Shown: positions 38,835 through 50,261 of the stretch, one piece after another | How the letters are laid out: each line of letters starts with the position of its first letter | Position numbering within the stretch: position 1 is the first letter of the stretch | Source of the DNA: Nitrospirota bacterium | GTDB taxonomy: Bacteria; Nitrospirota; JACRHJ01 | Length of the DNA stretch: 64,000 nucleotides | Reading direction: 5' to 3' | NCBI GenBank assembly: GCA_963845245.1 | Contig: CAWJRJ010000014.1 | Location: forward strand, 118,389-182,388 | Translations under genes and position numbers: made by a program | The notes under the pieces: model-generated | Database searches by the model: none | Told to the model about the DNA's origin: nothing | What the model saw: only the letters and a program-made list of their open reading frames with translations

Positions 38835-39513
38835 GGGCGAACTCCCGCACAGGGGCATCGACATCCTGAAAAGGCCCCCGCATTTCAAGGTTTACGACCA
38901 TGCCGCGAACCGGGTGGACCTCCCCCAGCCGGAAAAGACGGGCGGGGAGGGTATATGGGAGGTATTCAACACCCGCCGCACCCGCCGTACTTACAAGCCG
39001 GAGCCGCTAACGCTGATGCAGCTTTCCCAGCTCTTGTGGGCCGGGAACGGCAAGACCAAGGAGGGCCGCGAGACCTTCCTGCGTTCCGCTCCGTCCGCCG
39101 GGGCGTTCTATCCCATTGAAATGTATGTGATGGCGAACAACGTCGAGGGGCTGGAGAAGGGCATCTACCACTTTGACGTGGAAAACGCCCGCCTGTCGTT
39201 CATAAGACCGGGCGATTTCGGTGAGGCAGCCGCGCACGCCGCTCTCGACCAGCCGATGCTTGCAAAGTCCGGCGCTGTCATTTTCATGACCGCGGTGGTG
39301 GAGCGCACCCGCTGGAAGTACGACCAGAGGGCGTACCGCTACATATATCTGGACGCCGGGCATATAGGCCAGAACCTCTGCCTCGCCGCGCAGGCCTTGG
39401 GGCTTGGGGCCTGCGAGATAGGCGCGTTCTATGACGACGAGCTAAACGTCTATATTAAAGGTGGACGGGGTGGAGGAAACGGTGGTTTACGCAATCACTG
39501 TAGGGCGCGTTAG
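38767..39513 (+). CDS. SagB/ThcOx-type nitroreductase family protein (probable frameshift near 3' end)
   Basis: RRT.R.Y, LSQLLWA, RSAPSAGA.YP.E.Y, KY..RAYRY..LDAGH..QN..L.A..LGLG. Confidence 0.88.
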   Translation: MGTKEIKKENVGDAYQAETKYVRGELPHRGIDILKRPPHFKVYDHAANRVDLPQPEKTGGEGIWEVFNTRRTRRTYKPEPLTLMQLSQLLWAGNGKTKEGRETFLRSAPSAGAFYPIEMYVMANNVEGLEKGIYHFDVENARLSFIRPGDFGEAAAHAALDQPMLAKSGAVIFMTAVVERTRWKYDQRAYRYIYLDAGHIGQNLCLAAQALGLGACEIGAFYDDELNVYIKGGRGGGNGGLRNHCRAR

Positions 39514-39529
39514 CCCCGGTAAAATTTTC

Positions 39530-39558
39530 TTGACAACCATGCCATAATACTGTATAAA
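39530..39558 (+). promoter_or_regulatory. Sigma70 promoter of rplU-rpmA
   Basis: TTGACA-17 bp-TATAAA. Confidence 0.7.
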
Positions 39559-39620
39559 GATACCCTTCCGGGCGGTATAGGCCGAACGGATGGGGTATAT
39601 ATTGTCCGGAGGTGATTATA

Positions 39621-39932
39621 ATGTACGCGATAATAAAGACCGGCGGGAAGCAGTACAAGGTTTCCCCGGGTGACAGGTTCAAAGTGGAGCTTCTGGAAGG
39701 CGAAAAGGGCGCAACCCTTGAATTTCCTGAGGTTTTGCTGATGGAAGTGGACGGCAACATCACGGTAGGCAGCCCGATTGTCTCAGGCGCGAAGGTAACC
39801 GCCGAGATAGTGACCCAGGGCCGCGCCCGCAAGGTGCTGGTTTTCAAGCACAAAAGACGCAAGGACTACCGCAAGTGCAACGGCCACAGGCAGTACTTTA
39901 CGGAACTGCTCGTCAAAGAGATATCCGCCTAA
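39621..39932 (+). CDS. rplU: 50S ribosomal protein L21
   Basis: MYAIIKTGGKQYKV...FK.KRRK.YR...GHRQ.FT. Confidence 0.98.
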   Translation: MYAIIKTGGKQYKVSPGDRFKVELLEGEKGATLEFPEVLLMEVDGNITVGSPIVSGAKVTAEIVTQGRARKVLVFKHKRRKDYRKCNGHRQYFTELLVKEISA

Positions 39933-39959
39933 CAAGGCGTTTTAAGGAGGATTTTAGAA

Positions 39960-40223
39960 ATGGCACATAAAAAAGGCGTCGGCAGTTCCAGAAACGGCCG
40001 CGATTCAAACGCACAAAGGCTTGGCGTAAAGCGCTACGAGGGCCAGTTCGTAACCGGCGGCAGCATACTCGTAAGGCAGAGGGGCACCAAGATCCACCCG
40101 GGCACGAACGTCGGCATCGGCAAGGACGACACCCTTTATGCGAAGGTCCCCGGCGTTGTAAAGTTCGAGCGCTACAACCGCGACCGCAAGAAGGTCAGCA
40201 TATACATGGTAGCGGAAGGCTAG
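39960..40223 (+). CDS. rpmA: 50S ribosomal protein L27
   Basis: [36 protein letters not shown]. Confidence 0.98.
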   Translation: MAHKKGVGSSRNGRDSNAQRLGVKRYEGQFVTGGSILVRQRGTKIHPGTNVGIGKDDTLYAKVPGVVKFERYNRDRKKVSIYMVAEG

Positions 40224-40253
40224 TTGCTTTAATAATTTCTATGAATTCACGGG

Positions 40254-40284
40254 GCCCCGCCGGCTTGGCGGGGCTTTTTTGTTT
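40254..40284 (+). terminator. Rho-independent terminator after rpmA
   Basis: GCCCCGCC-loop-GGCGGGGC followed by T-tract. Confidence 0.8.
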
Positions 40285-40319
40285 GATTTTTTAGGCACTT
40301 TGGGATATTTTAAATAGAT

Positions 40320-41436
40320 ATGTTTGTAGACTTAGCAAAAATATACGTAAAGGCGGGTGACGGCGGTCGCGGCTGCGTCAGCTTCAGGCGCGAGAAGTTC
40401 GTCCCAAAGGGCGGGCCGGACGGCGGAGACGGCGGCAGGGGCGGCAATGTCATTGCCAAGGCCAACGCGCAGCTCAATACCCTGCTCGACCACAAGTACC
40501 AGCAGCACTACTACTGCAAGCACGCCGGAGACGGCTCCGGACAGCAGATGCACGGCGCGGACAGCGACGCCATTATAATTAATGTCCCCGTCGGGACGAT
40601 GATAAGGGACTACATAACCGGGGAAGTTATCGGCGACCTGACCGAGGACGGCCAGGAGATCGTAATCGCCAAGGGCGGCAGGGGCGGGAAGGGCAACACC
40701 TTCTTCAAGTCCTCCACCCATCAGGCCCCGAGGTTTGCGCAGCCGGGCGAGCCGGGCGATGAGAAGACGATACAGCTGGAGCTGAAGCTCCTTGCGGACG
40801 TCGGACTTGATAGGCCTGCCGAATGCGGGCAAGTCCACGCTCATCTCGGTGATATCCGCTGCCAGGCCGAAGATCGCCGACTACCCGTTCACGACGCTGG
40901 TGCCGAACCTGGGCGTGTGTAAGTACGGGTTCTACAAGAGCTTTGTAGCGGCAGACATTCCTGGGCTTATCGAGGGCGCGCACAAGGGCGCGGGGCTCGG
41001 CGCTCAGTTCCTGCGGCATGTGGAACGCACGAAGATGCTGTTGCACCTGGTTGACGTTTCCCCGCTGACAGAGGGCGAGCCGAAGGACAACTTCGCCACG
41101 ATAAACGAGGAGCTTCGCAGGCACAACCCCGAGTTGATGGAGCGCTACATCGTCGCAGTCGCGACGAAGGTGGACGCGCTTGAGGACGAGGAAAGACTGA
41201 ACGGTCTCCGCGAGTACTGCGATGAAAACAACTACCCGTTCTTCGCCATCTCGGCGGCGACGCACGAAGGTGTCGATACGCTGCTGGAATTTGTGTCGAA
41301 GAAGCTTGAGGAGCTGAAGGCGATAAAAGAAGAACAAGAACAGGAACAGAAGCAGAAGCTGAAAGCTAGAGCAAGAGAAAGAGCAAGAACAAGACAAGAG
41401 AAGAGCAAGAGCAGGATAACGTGGATAAACGGGTGA
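40320..41436 (+). CDS. obg: GTPase Obg (frameshift near 40805)
   Basis: MFVD..., [26 protein letters not shown] / [22 protein letters not shown]. Confidence 0.96.
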
Positions 41437-41645
41437 CTGCATTATTCTCAAGTCATCAAAAAGATTCGAGGTCAGTAAGTAGCCTTTGAACAATGATGCC
41501 TGTCCAAAGCCAACTTACTGAATACCTCTCACATTGATGCCTTTCGTAATCACACGTCCTCCTGCCAGCTAAGTGATAAATCATTTCACGGTTTTCTTTG
41601 CTGGCTTTCTTTTTTCCAAAAGAAGGTGGGGTTTAGAATAAGGTT

Positions 41646-42783
41646 ATGAGCGCCAAGAAAAATTCACGAAAAGACACACTGAAAGAAAATCCGCCGCGTC
41701 GTCATAAAGATCGGCAGCACGGTGGTTGCCAGCCGGACCGCGGGCGTGAACCAGAGCCGTCTGCGCACGCTGTCGGACGAGTTCGCGTGGCTGCGTGAGC
41801 GCGGGGTGGAAGTAATTGTCGTCACCTCCGGCGCTGTCGCGGCGGGCATGGGCAGGCTCGGCCTCACCGAGAAGCCCAAGACTATCGAGCTGAAGCAGGC
41901 TGCGGCTTCGGTCGGCCAGTCGGCGCTTATGCGCATGTACGAGAAGAACCTCTCCCGCCACGGTATCGGCGTGGGCCAGATGCTCCTGACGTCCGCCGAC
42001 CTGGTGGACAGGCGCAGGTTCCTGAACGCCCGCAACACCCTGAACAAACTCATCGAATACGGCATCATCCCCATCATAAACGAGAACGACACGGTGTCCG
42101 TCGAGGAACTAAAGTTCTCCGACAACGACAACCTGGGCGCGCTCGTGACAAACCTCTCCGGCGCGGACGCGATGGTCATACTCTCGGACGTGGACGGCCT
42201 TTTCACGAAGGACCCCGCCAACAAGGACGCGGAGCTTATCCACGAGGTCGAGAAGATCACGCCCGAGATAGAGAAGATGGCGGGCGGAAGCTGCACCATA
42301 TACGGCACCGGCGGGATGTGCAGCAAGCTCACTGCGGCGAAGAAGACCTCCGCAGGCGGAAGCTCCTGCTTCATCATAAACGGCAAGAAGGCGGGCAACA
42401 TCCAGAAGCTGTTCGAGGGCGGCGCGGTCGGCACGCACTTCATGCCCTGCGACACATGCCTGTCCTCAAAGAAGCAATGGATCGCCTTCACGATGCGCGG
42501 CAAGGGCCGGATATTCGTGGACGATGGCGCGGCGCGCGCTCTCACCCAGAAGGGCAGGAGCCTGCTTTCCTCCGGCATAAAGGCCGTCGATGGCAAGTTC
42601 AAGGCCGGGGACGCGGTGGAGATATGCCGCGAGGACGGGACGCCGATTGCGCGCGGGCTGATACATTACAGCCGCGAAGAGGTGGAGAAGATAAAAGGCT
42701 TAAAGAGCGCGGACATCGAGACGGTGCTTGGGTACAAGTACTGCGACGAGGTTATACATCGGGATGATCTGGTGGTGATATAA
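41646..42783 (+). CDS. proB: Glutamate 5-kinase with PUA domain (frameshift near 41682)
   Basis: RRVVIKIGS, VTSGAV..G, KQAAA..GQ, INENDTV, DND.L.A, GTGGM.SK; C-terminal PUA. Confidence 0.95.
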
Positions 42784-42784
42784 A

Positions 42785-43100
42785 ATGGAAAAATTATTTC
42801 CTATATTCTTTGCCGTTAATATAATTTTATGGTTAATTGGTGTTTATTTAATCAATAATTTCCGCTCTTTTCTCAAAAGAAAATATCCAGAGAAATGGAA
42901 AGAATTAGGAAGTCCATCGTTAGTTCTGAATAATAGTATGAATAATAGTTTAACTGTAATTAAATTTTTAAAATCAAAAAGTTATCTGGAAATGAATGAT
43001 CCTGTGTTGACGAAGAAATGTAGTATTTTTTGATCATTTCATTCGTAGGTTATATAATTTTTTTCTTCAGTTATAGCTTTTTGAACATTTATTCATTAGA
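42785..43100 (+). CDS. AT-rich small membrane protein, UspB-like (interrupted at a poly-T run)
   Basis: TM - LK..YP..W..LG.P - FL....Y....D..L...C - TM; very AT-rich relative to flanks; 3' end approximate. Confidence 0.5.
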
Positions 43101-43116
43101 TAAATTGGAGGTCCCC

Positions 43117-44377
43117 ATGGACATAAAATCGTACGTCGAGAAGACCGCGCAGAAGGCGAAAGAGGCGTCGCGTATTCTCGCCAACACGCCGACGAAGGTG
43201 AAGAACGCCGCGCTTATTGAAGATGGCGGACAAGATAATGGCCGAGTCGGCCAACCTCGTCAAGGAGAACTACAAGGACATAACCGACGGGTGAGAAGAA
43301 GGGCTTAAGTCAAGGCGATGCTGGACAGGCTTACGCTGAACCCCTCCCGCATAAAGTCGATGGCGGACGGCCTGCAGGGAGATTGTCGGACTGCCGGACC
43401 CTGTCGGCGAGATAACGAAGGTATGGCGAAGGCCCAACGGCATGGAGGTCGGAAGGCTGCGCGTGCCTATCGGACTGATCGGCATAGTGTACGAGTCGCG
43501 CCCGAACGTGACTGCGGACGCGGCATCGCTTTGCCTTAAGACCGGTAACGGCGTGATACTTCGCGGCGGCTCTGAGGCGATACACTCAAACCTTGCTATA
43601 GTGAAGATACTCCAGGACGCATGCCACGCAGTGGGCATACCGCGCGAGGCAGTGAGCTTCATAGAGATGACAGACCGCGCTGCGGTGCTTGAGATGCTGA
43701 AGCAGGACGCGTACATCGACCTGATAATCCCACGCGGCGGCGAGGGGCTTATAAAGATGGTGACCGAGAACTCGCGCATCCCGGTGATAAAGCACGACAA
43801 GGGCGTATGCCATACATACGTGGACGAGTTCGCCGACCTCGACATGGCGCACGACATCTGCATAAACGCGAAGGTGCAGAGGCCCGGCACATGCAACGCG
43901 ATGGAGTGCATGATAGTGCACGCGGCGGTGGCGGACGAGTTCCTGCCGTGGGTGACAAAGGACTTGAAGGCGCTGAAGGTGGAGATAAAGGCGGACGCCA
44001 AGGCCAGGAAGCTCGTGAAGGGCCTGAAGATAGCGAAGGAGGAGGACTGGTCGAAGGAGTACAACGACCTCGTGCTGAACCTGAAGGTGGTGGAGAGCAT
44101 GGAGGAGGCGATGGCGCATATCGCCAAGTACGGCTCCCAGCACTCCGAGGCGATAATCACGCGCGACCACGCAAACGCGATGCGGTTCCTGAAAGAGGTG
44201 GACGCATCGGCGGTATTCATAAACGCATCCACGAGGCTGAACGACGGCGGCCAGTTCGGGCTGGGGGCAGAGATCGGCATAAGCACCACCCGCATACACG
44301 CGCGCGGGCCGATGGGCCTTGAGGAGCTTACCTCGCAGAAGTTCATCGTGATGGGGAGCGGACAGATAAGAGAATGA
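43117..44377 (+). CDS. proA: Gamma-glutamyl phosphate reductase (frameshifts in 5' part)
   Basis: LDRL.L...RI, VPIG.IGI.YESRPNVT, LRGGSEA, IPRGG..L, CNAME, HSEAI, NASTR..DG..FG.GAEIGIST. Confidence 0.95.
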
Positions 44378-45036
44378 ACATCGGTATCTTCGGCGGCACT
44401 TTCAACCCTATCCACATCGCCCACCTCTACATCGCAGAGGAGATCCGCGAATCGATGGGCCTCGATGAAATCGTATTCGTGCCTGCGGCAGTGCCGCCTC
44501 ACAAGGAGGTCGAATACCGCGTCTCGACGGAGCACAGGCTGAAGATGGTGGAGCTTGCCATTGCTTCTAACCCGAAATTTAGTGTTTCTGGCATAGAGCT
44601 GACGCTCCCAATACCGTCCTATTCAGTCAAGACTGTCGAGATGTTCCAGGAAAAATACGGCGAAAAAACTAAGCTCTTCTTTATAACCGGGATGGACTCT
44701 TTTCTGGACGTCGTAAACTGGCATGCCGCCGACAGGCTTATTACGCTCTGCGATTTCGTGACGACTTTCCGTCCGGGGGCGAAATATGAGAACCTGACAA
44801 AGAATAAATATGTCCATGAAGTAGATGTTGTAATGCTGGAAGAACTCGACCTCCGCGCGAAGTGCGTCGGGCGGGTCGAGATGACGTCCGGACGGTATCT
44901 GTGGCTGGTCTCGAGCCTCGGCATGGAAATTTCCTCGACCGACATAAGGAAGCGAATAAAGGCCAGGCGTAGCGTCAAATACCTCTTGCCTGAGCCGGTC
45001 GAGTCGTATATAATTCAGAACGGGCTTTATAAATAA
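44374..45036 (+). CDS. nadD: Nicotinate-nucleotide adenylyltransferase
   Basis: IFGGTFNPIH..H, P...PPHK, ISST.IR. Confidence 0.95.
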   Translation: MNIGIFGGTFNPIHIAHLYIAEEIRESMGLDEIVFVPAAVPPHKEVEYRVSTEHRLKMVELAIASNPKFSVSGIELTLPIPSYSVKTVEMFQEKYGEKTKLFFITGMDSFLDVVNWHAADRLITLCDFVTTFRPGAKYENLTKNKYVHEVDVVMLEELDLRAKCVGRVEMTSGRYLWLVSSLGMEISSTDIRKRIKARRSVKYLLPEPVESYIIQNGLYK

Positions 45037-45056
45037 GGCTTTTTTGCAACAAACGG

Positions 45057-45437
45057 ATGGAGACACACAGAATTTTGCAGCACACAAAAGTAAAGAAAGC
45101 AGACACAAGGGAGCGCGCGCTTGAAATAGCCGCCGCAGCACTGGAGAAAAAGGCCGAAGGCCTGTTGGTCCTGGACGTCAGGGAGATAACCTACATAGCG
45201 GACTACTTCATAATCTGCTCGGGCTCGAACACCAGGCAGGTGAAGGCGATAACCGAGGAGATAGACTACAGGCTTTCGAAAGAAGGGGTGTTCCCCAGCC
45301 ATGTGGAAGGCTTCCCGGACTGCCGCTGGGTGCTTATGGACTACGGCGACGTTATAGTGCACGTATTCGACGAAGAGGCCCGGTTCTATTATGACCTTGA
45401 AGGTCTCTGGGGCGAGGCCGAGAGGGTAGCGGTATAG
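45057..45437 (+). CDS. rsfS: Ribosome silencing factor
   Basis: KKA.....LDV, ADYFIICSG...QV.AI, W.L.DYGDV.VH.F....R..Y.LE.LW. Confidence 0.95.
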   Translation: METHRILQHTKVKKADTRERALEIAAAALEKKAEGLLVLDVREITYIADYFIICSGSNTRQVKAITEEIDYRLSKEGVFPSHVEGFPDCRWVLMDYGDVIVHVFDEEARFYYDLEGLWGEAERVAV

Positions 45438-45896
45438 ATGGCCCTCCTCCTTCTCTTTGTCGGCAAGACCAAAGAGGGCTTCTTAAAAGAGGGCATAAGG
45501 AAGTACGAGACACTTGTCGGCCATTTTCTGCCGCTTGAGATCAGGGAGATAAAGGGCGCGGCCTCGAAGGAGAAGCATACGGCCATCGAGGAGGAGGCGG
45601 ACGGGATACTTTCCCGCGTCCTTCCGGCCGATTTCCTGGTAGTGCTGGACGAAAGGGGCAGGGAGTTCGATTCGGTTTCCTTCTCTAAGGAGCTGGGTAA
45701 GCTTACCGAGACCGGGCGCAGGCTTGTATTTGTGCCGGGCGGGCCATTCGGTCTCTCTGACCGGGTGAGGAAGAGGGCTGACCTGCTGCTTAGCCTGTCG
45801 AAACTCACGTTCACGCATGAGATGGCCAGGCTGACGCTGCTTGAGCAGCTCTACCGGGCCCTTACTATAATAAAAGGCAAGGCATACCACTACTGA
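45438..45896 (+). CDS. rlmH: 23S rRNA pseudouridine-1915 N3-methyltransferase
   Basis: VGK, LDERG, GG..G, LSLS.LT..H...RL.LLEQLYRA..I..G..YH. Confidence 0.95.
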   Translation: MALLLLFVGKTKEGFLKEGIRKYETLVGHFLPLEIREIKGAASKEKHTAIEEEADGILSRVLPADFLVVLDERGREFDSVSFSKELGKLTETGRRLVFVPGGPFGLSDRVRKRADLLLSLSKLTFTHEMARLTLLEQLYRALTIIKGKAYHY

Positions 45897-45914
45897 TCCG
45901 CGAAAGGGGTTGGC

Positions 45915-46095
45915 ATGTTTCTGAGGATTATCCTCCTGATGGTCATCCTGATTATCAGCATTGTGTGGGTCGATTTGTTAAACCCCGGCACGGTCAAGCT
46001 GGTCCTGCCGGGAGACAACATCGTCGAGCCGTCCAAGATGGCGGTTATGCTTGGCTCTGCCGCATTCGGCGCCCTGGTTGTTTTCATAGGGCTGT
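45915..46095 (+). CDS. LapA-like membrane protein, N-terminal fragment cut at apparent sequence junction
   Basis: TM-NP..V.L-TM pattern, then loss of plausible coding; end approximate. Confidence 0.45.
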
Positions 46096-46234
46096 CCAAT
46101 CTAGGCGACCTTCTCTTTGTTGGCACGGGGTGCGACCGGCTCCACGCTGATCTCGGTGCCATCAAGCAGGGTGGCGGGATTTCCTCAAAGAAAGGCAAAG
46201 AGCCTCCTGCGCGATTCTTTGGTGAACTAGCCCG

Positions 46235-49200
46235 CTAGGACGTCAGTGATACCGGTTGCGTTGTGGAAGAAGCGGTTACAACACGGTTCCTCCCGGCCCG
46301 CTTGGCCCTGTAAAGGACCTGATCCGCCACGCCCACGAGGGTCTCCTGGCTGACATCCGGAGTCGGGCAGACGGCGGCTACGCCAATGCTGAGCGTTAGA
46401 ACGGAAGCGGCGCTGGAATGCTCGTGGGGGATTCCCAGCGCTTGCACTTTGGCCCGCAGCATCTCGGCGATATCAGTGGCATTTTTCGAGTCGGTTCCTG
46501 CCAGTAACACCGCAAATTCTTCGCCCCCGTAACGGGCCGCCAAATCGCCTGCCCGGCTCAGGGAACCGGCCAGCGTGCTCGCCACCGTCCTCAAACATTC
46601 GTCCCCGGCCTGGTGTCCATTTGCGTCGTTGTACGCCTTGAAATGATCGATATCGATCATGACGAGCGCGAGCGACAAGCCTTCGCGGCAGGCCCTGCGC
46701 CATTCGAAGTCCAGGACTTCATCGAAGTGGCGTCTGTTGGCAATCCCCGTGAGCCCGTCCAAGATGGAGAGGCGCTCCAAGACCTGGTTGGCCTGCTGGA
46801 GCTTCTGCCGCTGGTCTTCAAGGATCACGTTGGCCTCGGCCAGCTTCCCCGTCCGTTCGTCCACGAGGCGCTGGAGCACCTCCTGCCTGGCCTTTAAGCC
46901 TCGCACTCTCTGGCTGTAGATGCCAAAGGCGGAGAGGAGGACGGCCAACGCGCATAGGCCGAGGAACCAAACGGTCTGGTAAAAGAAAGGCTTTTGCTCC
47001 AGATCAAGTGAGGCACCACTCTGATTCCACACGCCGTCGTTGTTGCAGGCGGTCACTCGGAAGGTATAGCGGCCCGGAGACAGCTTGGTGTAGTAAGCGA
47101 CGCGCTGGGTGCCCGCGTCCAGCCATCCCGGATCAAAGCCTTCGAGCCGGCAGCGGAAACGCACTTTCTCGGAACCCATGAAGCTCAAGGCCGTGTAATG
47201 AACTTGGAGGTTCCTGCTTCCCGCAGGCACCGTCACAACTCCGGGGCCGCCCATCGGCTTTCCGTCCACCAGCACTTCCTCGATAGCCACGGGCGGTGGC
47301 ACTCTGTTTAAGGGGATTGGGCCGGGCTGTAAGATGACGGCGCCCTTGGTGGTGGCAAACCATAGGTTTCCGTCTCTCGTGCGGCACGACGCGGGCTGGC
47401 TGCTCCCATTGCACTCGAAGCTCCGCATGCCGTCGGGGCGGCCGTAGGACACGCAATCCAGGGTCTTTCTTCTTTTCGAGGCGAACTCCAGGAGTTCCCT
47501 CTTGCTGACGCGGGAGAGTCCCCTGTTAGAGCTCATCCAGAGATTTCCATTCCCGTCCTCTTGGATGGTGAAGACACGTCCGCCGAACAGGCCATCCTTG
47601 GGCGTGAAGTTCGTAAAGTGCCCGTCCCTGAAGAGGCTGAGCCCCCCATTCGCGGTGCCGATCCACGTGTTGTCCTGCGCGTCTTGGTACATGGCGAAGA
47701 CATGATTACTGAGGAGCCCTTCCTTGGTCGTGTAGCAGATGAACTCCCCGTCTTTGAAGAGGTCCAACCCTCCAGTTCGTTCCGATCCAGAGGTGGCCGT
47801 GCCTGTCTTCGTAGATCATGTGAACTTTGTTGTGTGAAAGGCCGTCCTTGGTCGTGAAGACCGTGAGCCTGCCTTCCTTGAGCCGCTTGAGCCCTCCTCC
47901 GTTAGTGGCAATCCACAGGCTTCCGGCCCTGTCCTGGTGGATGGTAGTTACGTAGTCCATCGCCATTTCACTTCTGATGGGGGAAGGGGACGAAGCGGCC
48001 GTTCCGCATGAAGCTCACGCCTCCTCCCCAGGTGCCGATCCACAGGCCCCCATCCCTATCCTCGCAAAGGGTCTGGACGATGTTTCCCCCGAGCCCGTCT
48101 TTCTTGAAGTAGCTGGTGATATTGCCTTCGAAGTAGCGATTGAGACCGTTGTCCGTGCCAAGCCAGATGGCGCCTTGGCGGTCCTCGTAAATGCTCCACA
48201 CGAGATTGTGGGAGAGGCCCTCGGCCTGTCCAACGACCGTGAACTTGCCATCGCCGAGGCGGTGCAGACCTCCGTCCAGGGTCCCAATCCAGAGGTTGCC
48301 TTCGCTGTCCTCGCAGAAGGCATTTACCTGGTCGCCGACGAAGCCCTGGGGCGACCCGAAATGCGAGATCTTTCCGTCCCTTATGCGATTGATTCCACCG
48401 CCCAGGGTTCCGATCCACAGATTCTCGTCTTTGTCTTTGTAAAGAGCCCACACGTCGTTGTTGGACAGCCCCTCGGCAGTGCTATAACTCGTGAGCTTCC
48501 CTCCACCAAAGCGCAGAAGCCCATTTTGTGTTCCCAGCCACAAGACGTCAGACGAATCCCAAAGAGCTGTCCTCACGTTATTATTCTGGAGTGACTTCTT
48601 CAACACCACGGAGAAATGGCCGCCGTGCCAGCGGTTGATACCTCCATCCGTGACAATCCACAGGTCACCATTGCCCGTGGGATGGATGACTCGTACGCTG
48701 TTACTGAGGAGGCCATCCCGGGAGGTGAACACCGCCAGTGCGCCCTTTCTTAAGCGGCACAATCCTTCCTCCGTGCCGACCCAGATGGACTTGTTGGTAT
48801 CTTCGATGACCGTCCGCACATTGTTGCTGGGGAGGCCGTTGAGCGTGGTGTACGCGGCAATGCGGCCATCCTTCAGGCTATTGAGACCAGACTCCGTGAT
48901 CATCCAGAGGGTGCCGCTGGAGTCCATGAAAAGGCCCTGCACGACGTCGTTCGAGAGGCCCTGCCGCGTCGTGAGGGCTCGGAACACGCCGTCTTGGTAA
49001 CTCACGAGGCCCGAGCCTCGGGTTCCTATGTAGAGAGTTCCGTCGTGCCCTTCCAGCAAGACCACGAATGCTTGAGTCCAAGCGCGAATCCAGCACGCTC
49101 GCTGTTGAACACGGTGAAGCGAATCCCGTCGAATCGGACCAGGCCCTCTTGTGTGCCGAACCAGAGATAGCCGTCTCGCGTCTGGAGGATTGAAGTGACC

Positions 49201-49334
49201 GAATTCTGGGGCAGGCCGTTCTCGGTGGTCCAAGCTTCGTGGACGTACTGCGTCATGGCTTTGTTGGGGTCCAGTGCCCACGTACAAAGGCAGGGAGCCG
49301 CTACAATCGCGGCGATGACAGAGGCACGATGCAT
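46235..49334 (-). CDS. Beta-propeller (two-component regulator propeller) + Y_Y_Y + GGDEF diguanylate cyclase, frameshifted
   Basis: Repeated GL..N.V..I..D..G.LWIGT..GL blades, Y_Y_Y (YT.L.PG.Y.F.V), TM, DGLTG.ANRR, GGEEF; ORFs 49026-49376, 47968-49431, 47706-47966, 46235-47767. Confidence 0.9.
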
Positions 49335-49564
49335 TTTGACCGACAGCTCCCGAAGGAGCTTCCCCGCGGCCACCATTTCGAATTCTCCATCCGGTCTGTG
49401 GACAATCTACCACCTTTGCCAGCATTTTCAATTGTTCTCTCCGCTTACGGCCCCGAAGTGGTCACTGCGCTATAATCGGTTGGAGCCGGTAGCTCGGCTT
49501 GCGCAGCCCACAAGGCAAGGGCACTTGGGCTGTTGTCACACTCATTTAGTATGGCAAGGTCCCT

Positions 49565-49861
49565 ATGAGAAAATGGTTCGTCTACGTGATCAGAACCCGA
49601 TCCGGCACCCTCTACACGGGTACCACCACCGACGTGGCGCGCAGGTTCGCGGAGCACGGCCAAGGGGGACCCAGGGGATCGAAATACTTGCGCTCCAGGG
49701 GCCCGCTGGAGTTGGTCTACCACATGAAGATCGGCGACCGTGCCCTTGCCGCCAAGGCCGAGTGGCGCATCAAAAGGCTGCCCAAGCAAAAGAAGGAAGA
49801 GATAGTCTCCGCCGGGCTCACAGGCAGGGCACTCCTGGCCTTGCTCAACCTCACCTCGTGA
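49565..49861 (+). CDS. GIY-YIG nuclease family protein (UPF0213)
   Basis: WFVYV.....G.LYTG.TTDV.RR..EH..G, A...E..IK.L....K. Confidence 0.9.
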   Translation: MRKWFVYVIRTRSGTLYTGTTTDVARRFAEHGQGGPRGSKYLRSRGPLELVYHMKIGDRALAAKAEWRIKRLPKQKKEEIVSAGLTGRALLALLNLTS

Positions 49862-50261
49862 GGCTCTAGCAGGTTGGGATTGGTTTGAAGGGCGGCGTGT
49901 TTCCATAGGCATCCCGCGCCCTTTCCTTGCTTTACGCCCAACAAGGACTTAAATTTCAAGCGACACCAGAAGGGGTTCCGATGACGCATTGCAGGCTCTC
50001 GCGCCTTGCTGTGATCGTCTTTACTCTTAAGGTTCGCACTCTCGGCGTACCCCTCATACCAAGTTGCGTTCAAACGATGATGCAATCCGATACCTCCGTA
50101 GGCCCGGATACACATCCCGGCCCGTCGAGGACGGGTATCCTCGCCACCGGTTTGGTGAATTAATGATCGCAACTTGGTACCAGGTCCTAAGCCCATCCAC
50201 TCATGACGCACCGTTACGGACATGGCGCCATGGCTACAAACGGCTTTCGGGGAGGTTGAAC

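Noticed and set aside
40800..40810. Programmed frameshifting in obg (and likewise rnr, proA, galT)
   Set aside because: No consistent slippery motif, and many unrelated genes are affected; sequencing error is simpler
43270..44535. Long antisense ORFs (e.g. 421 aa opposite proA, 312 aa opposite proB)
   Set aside because: Shadow frames of high-GC3 genes with no motifs or SD sites
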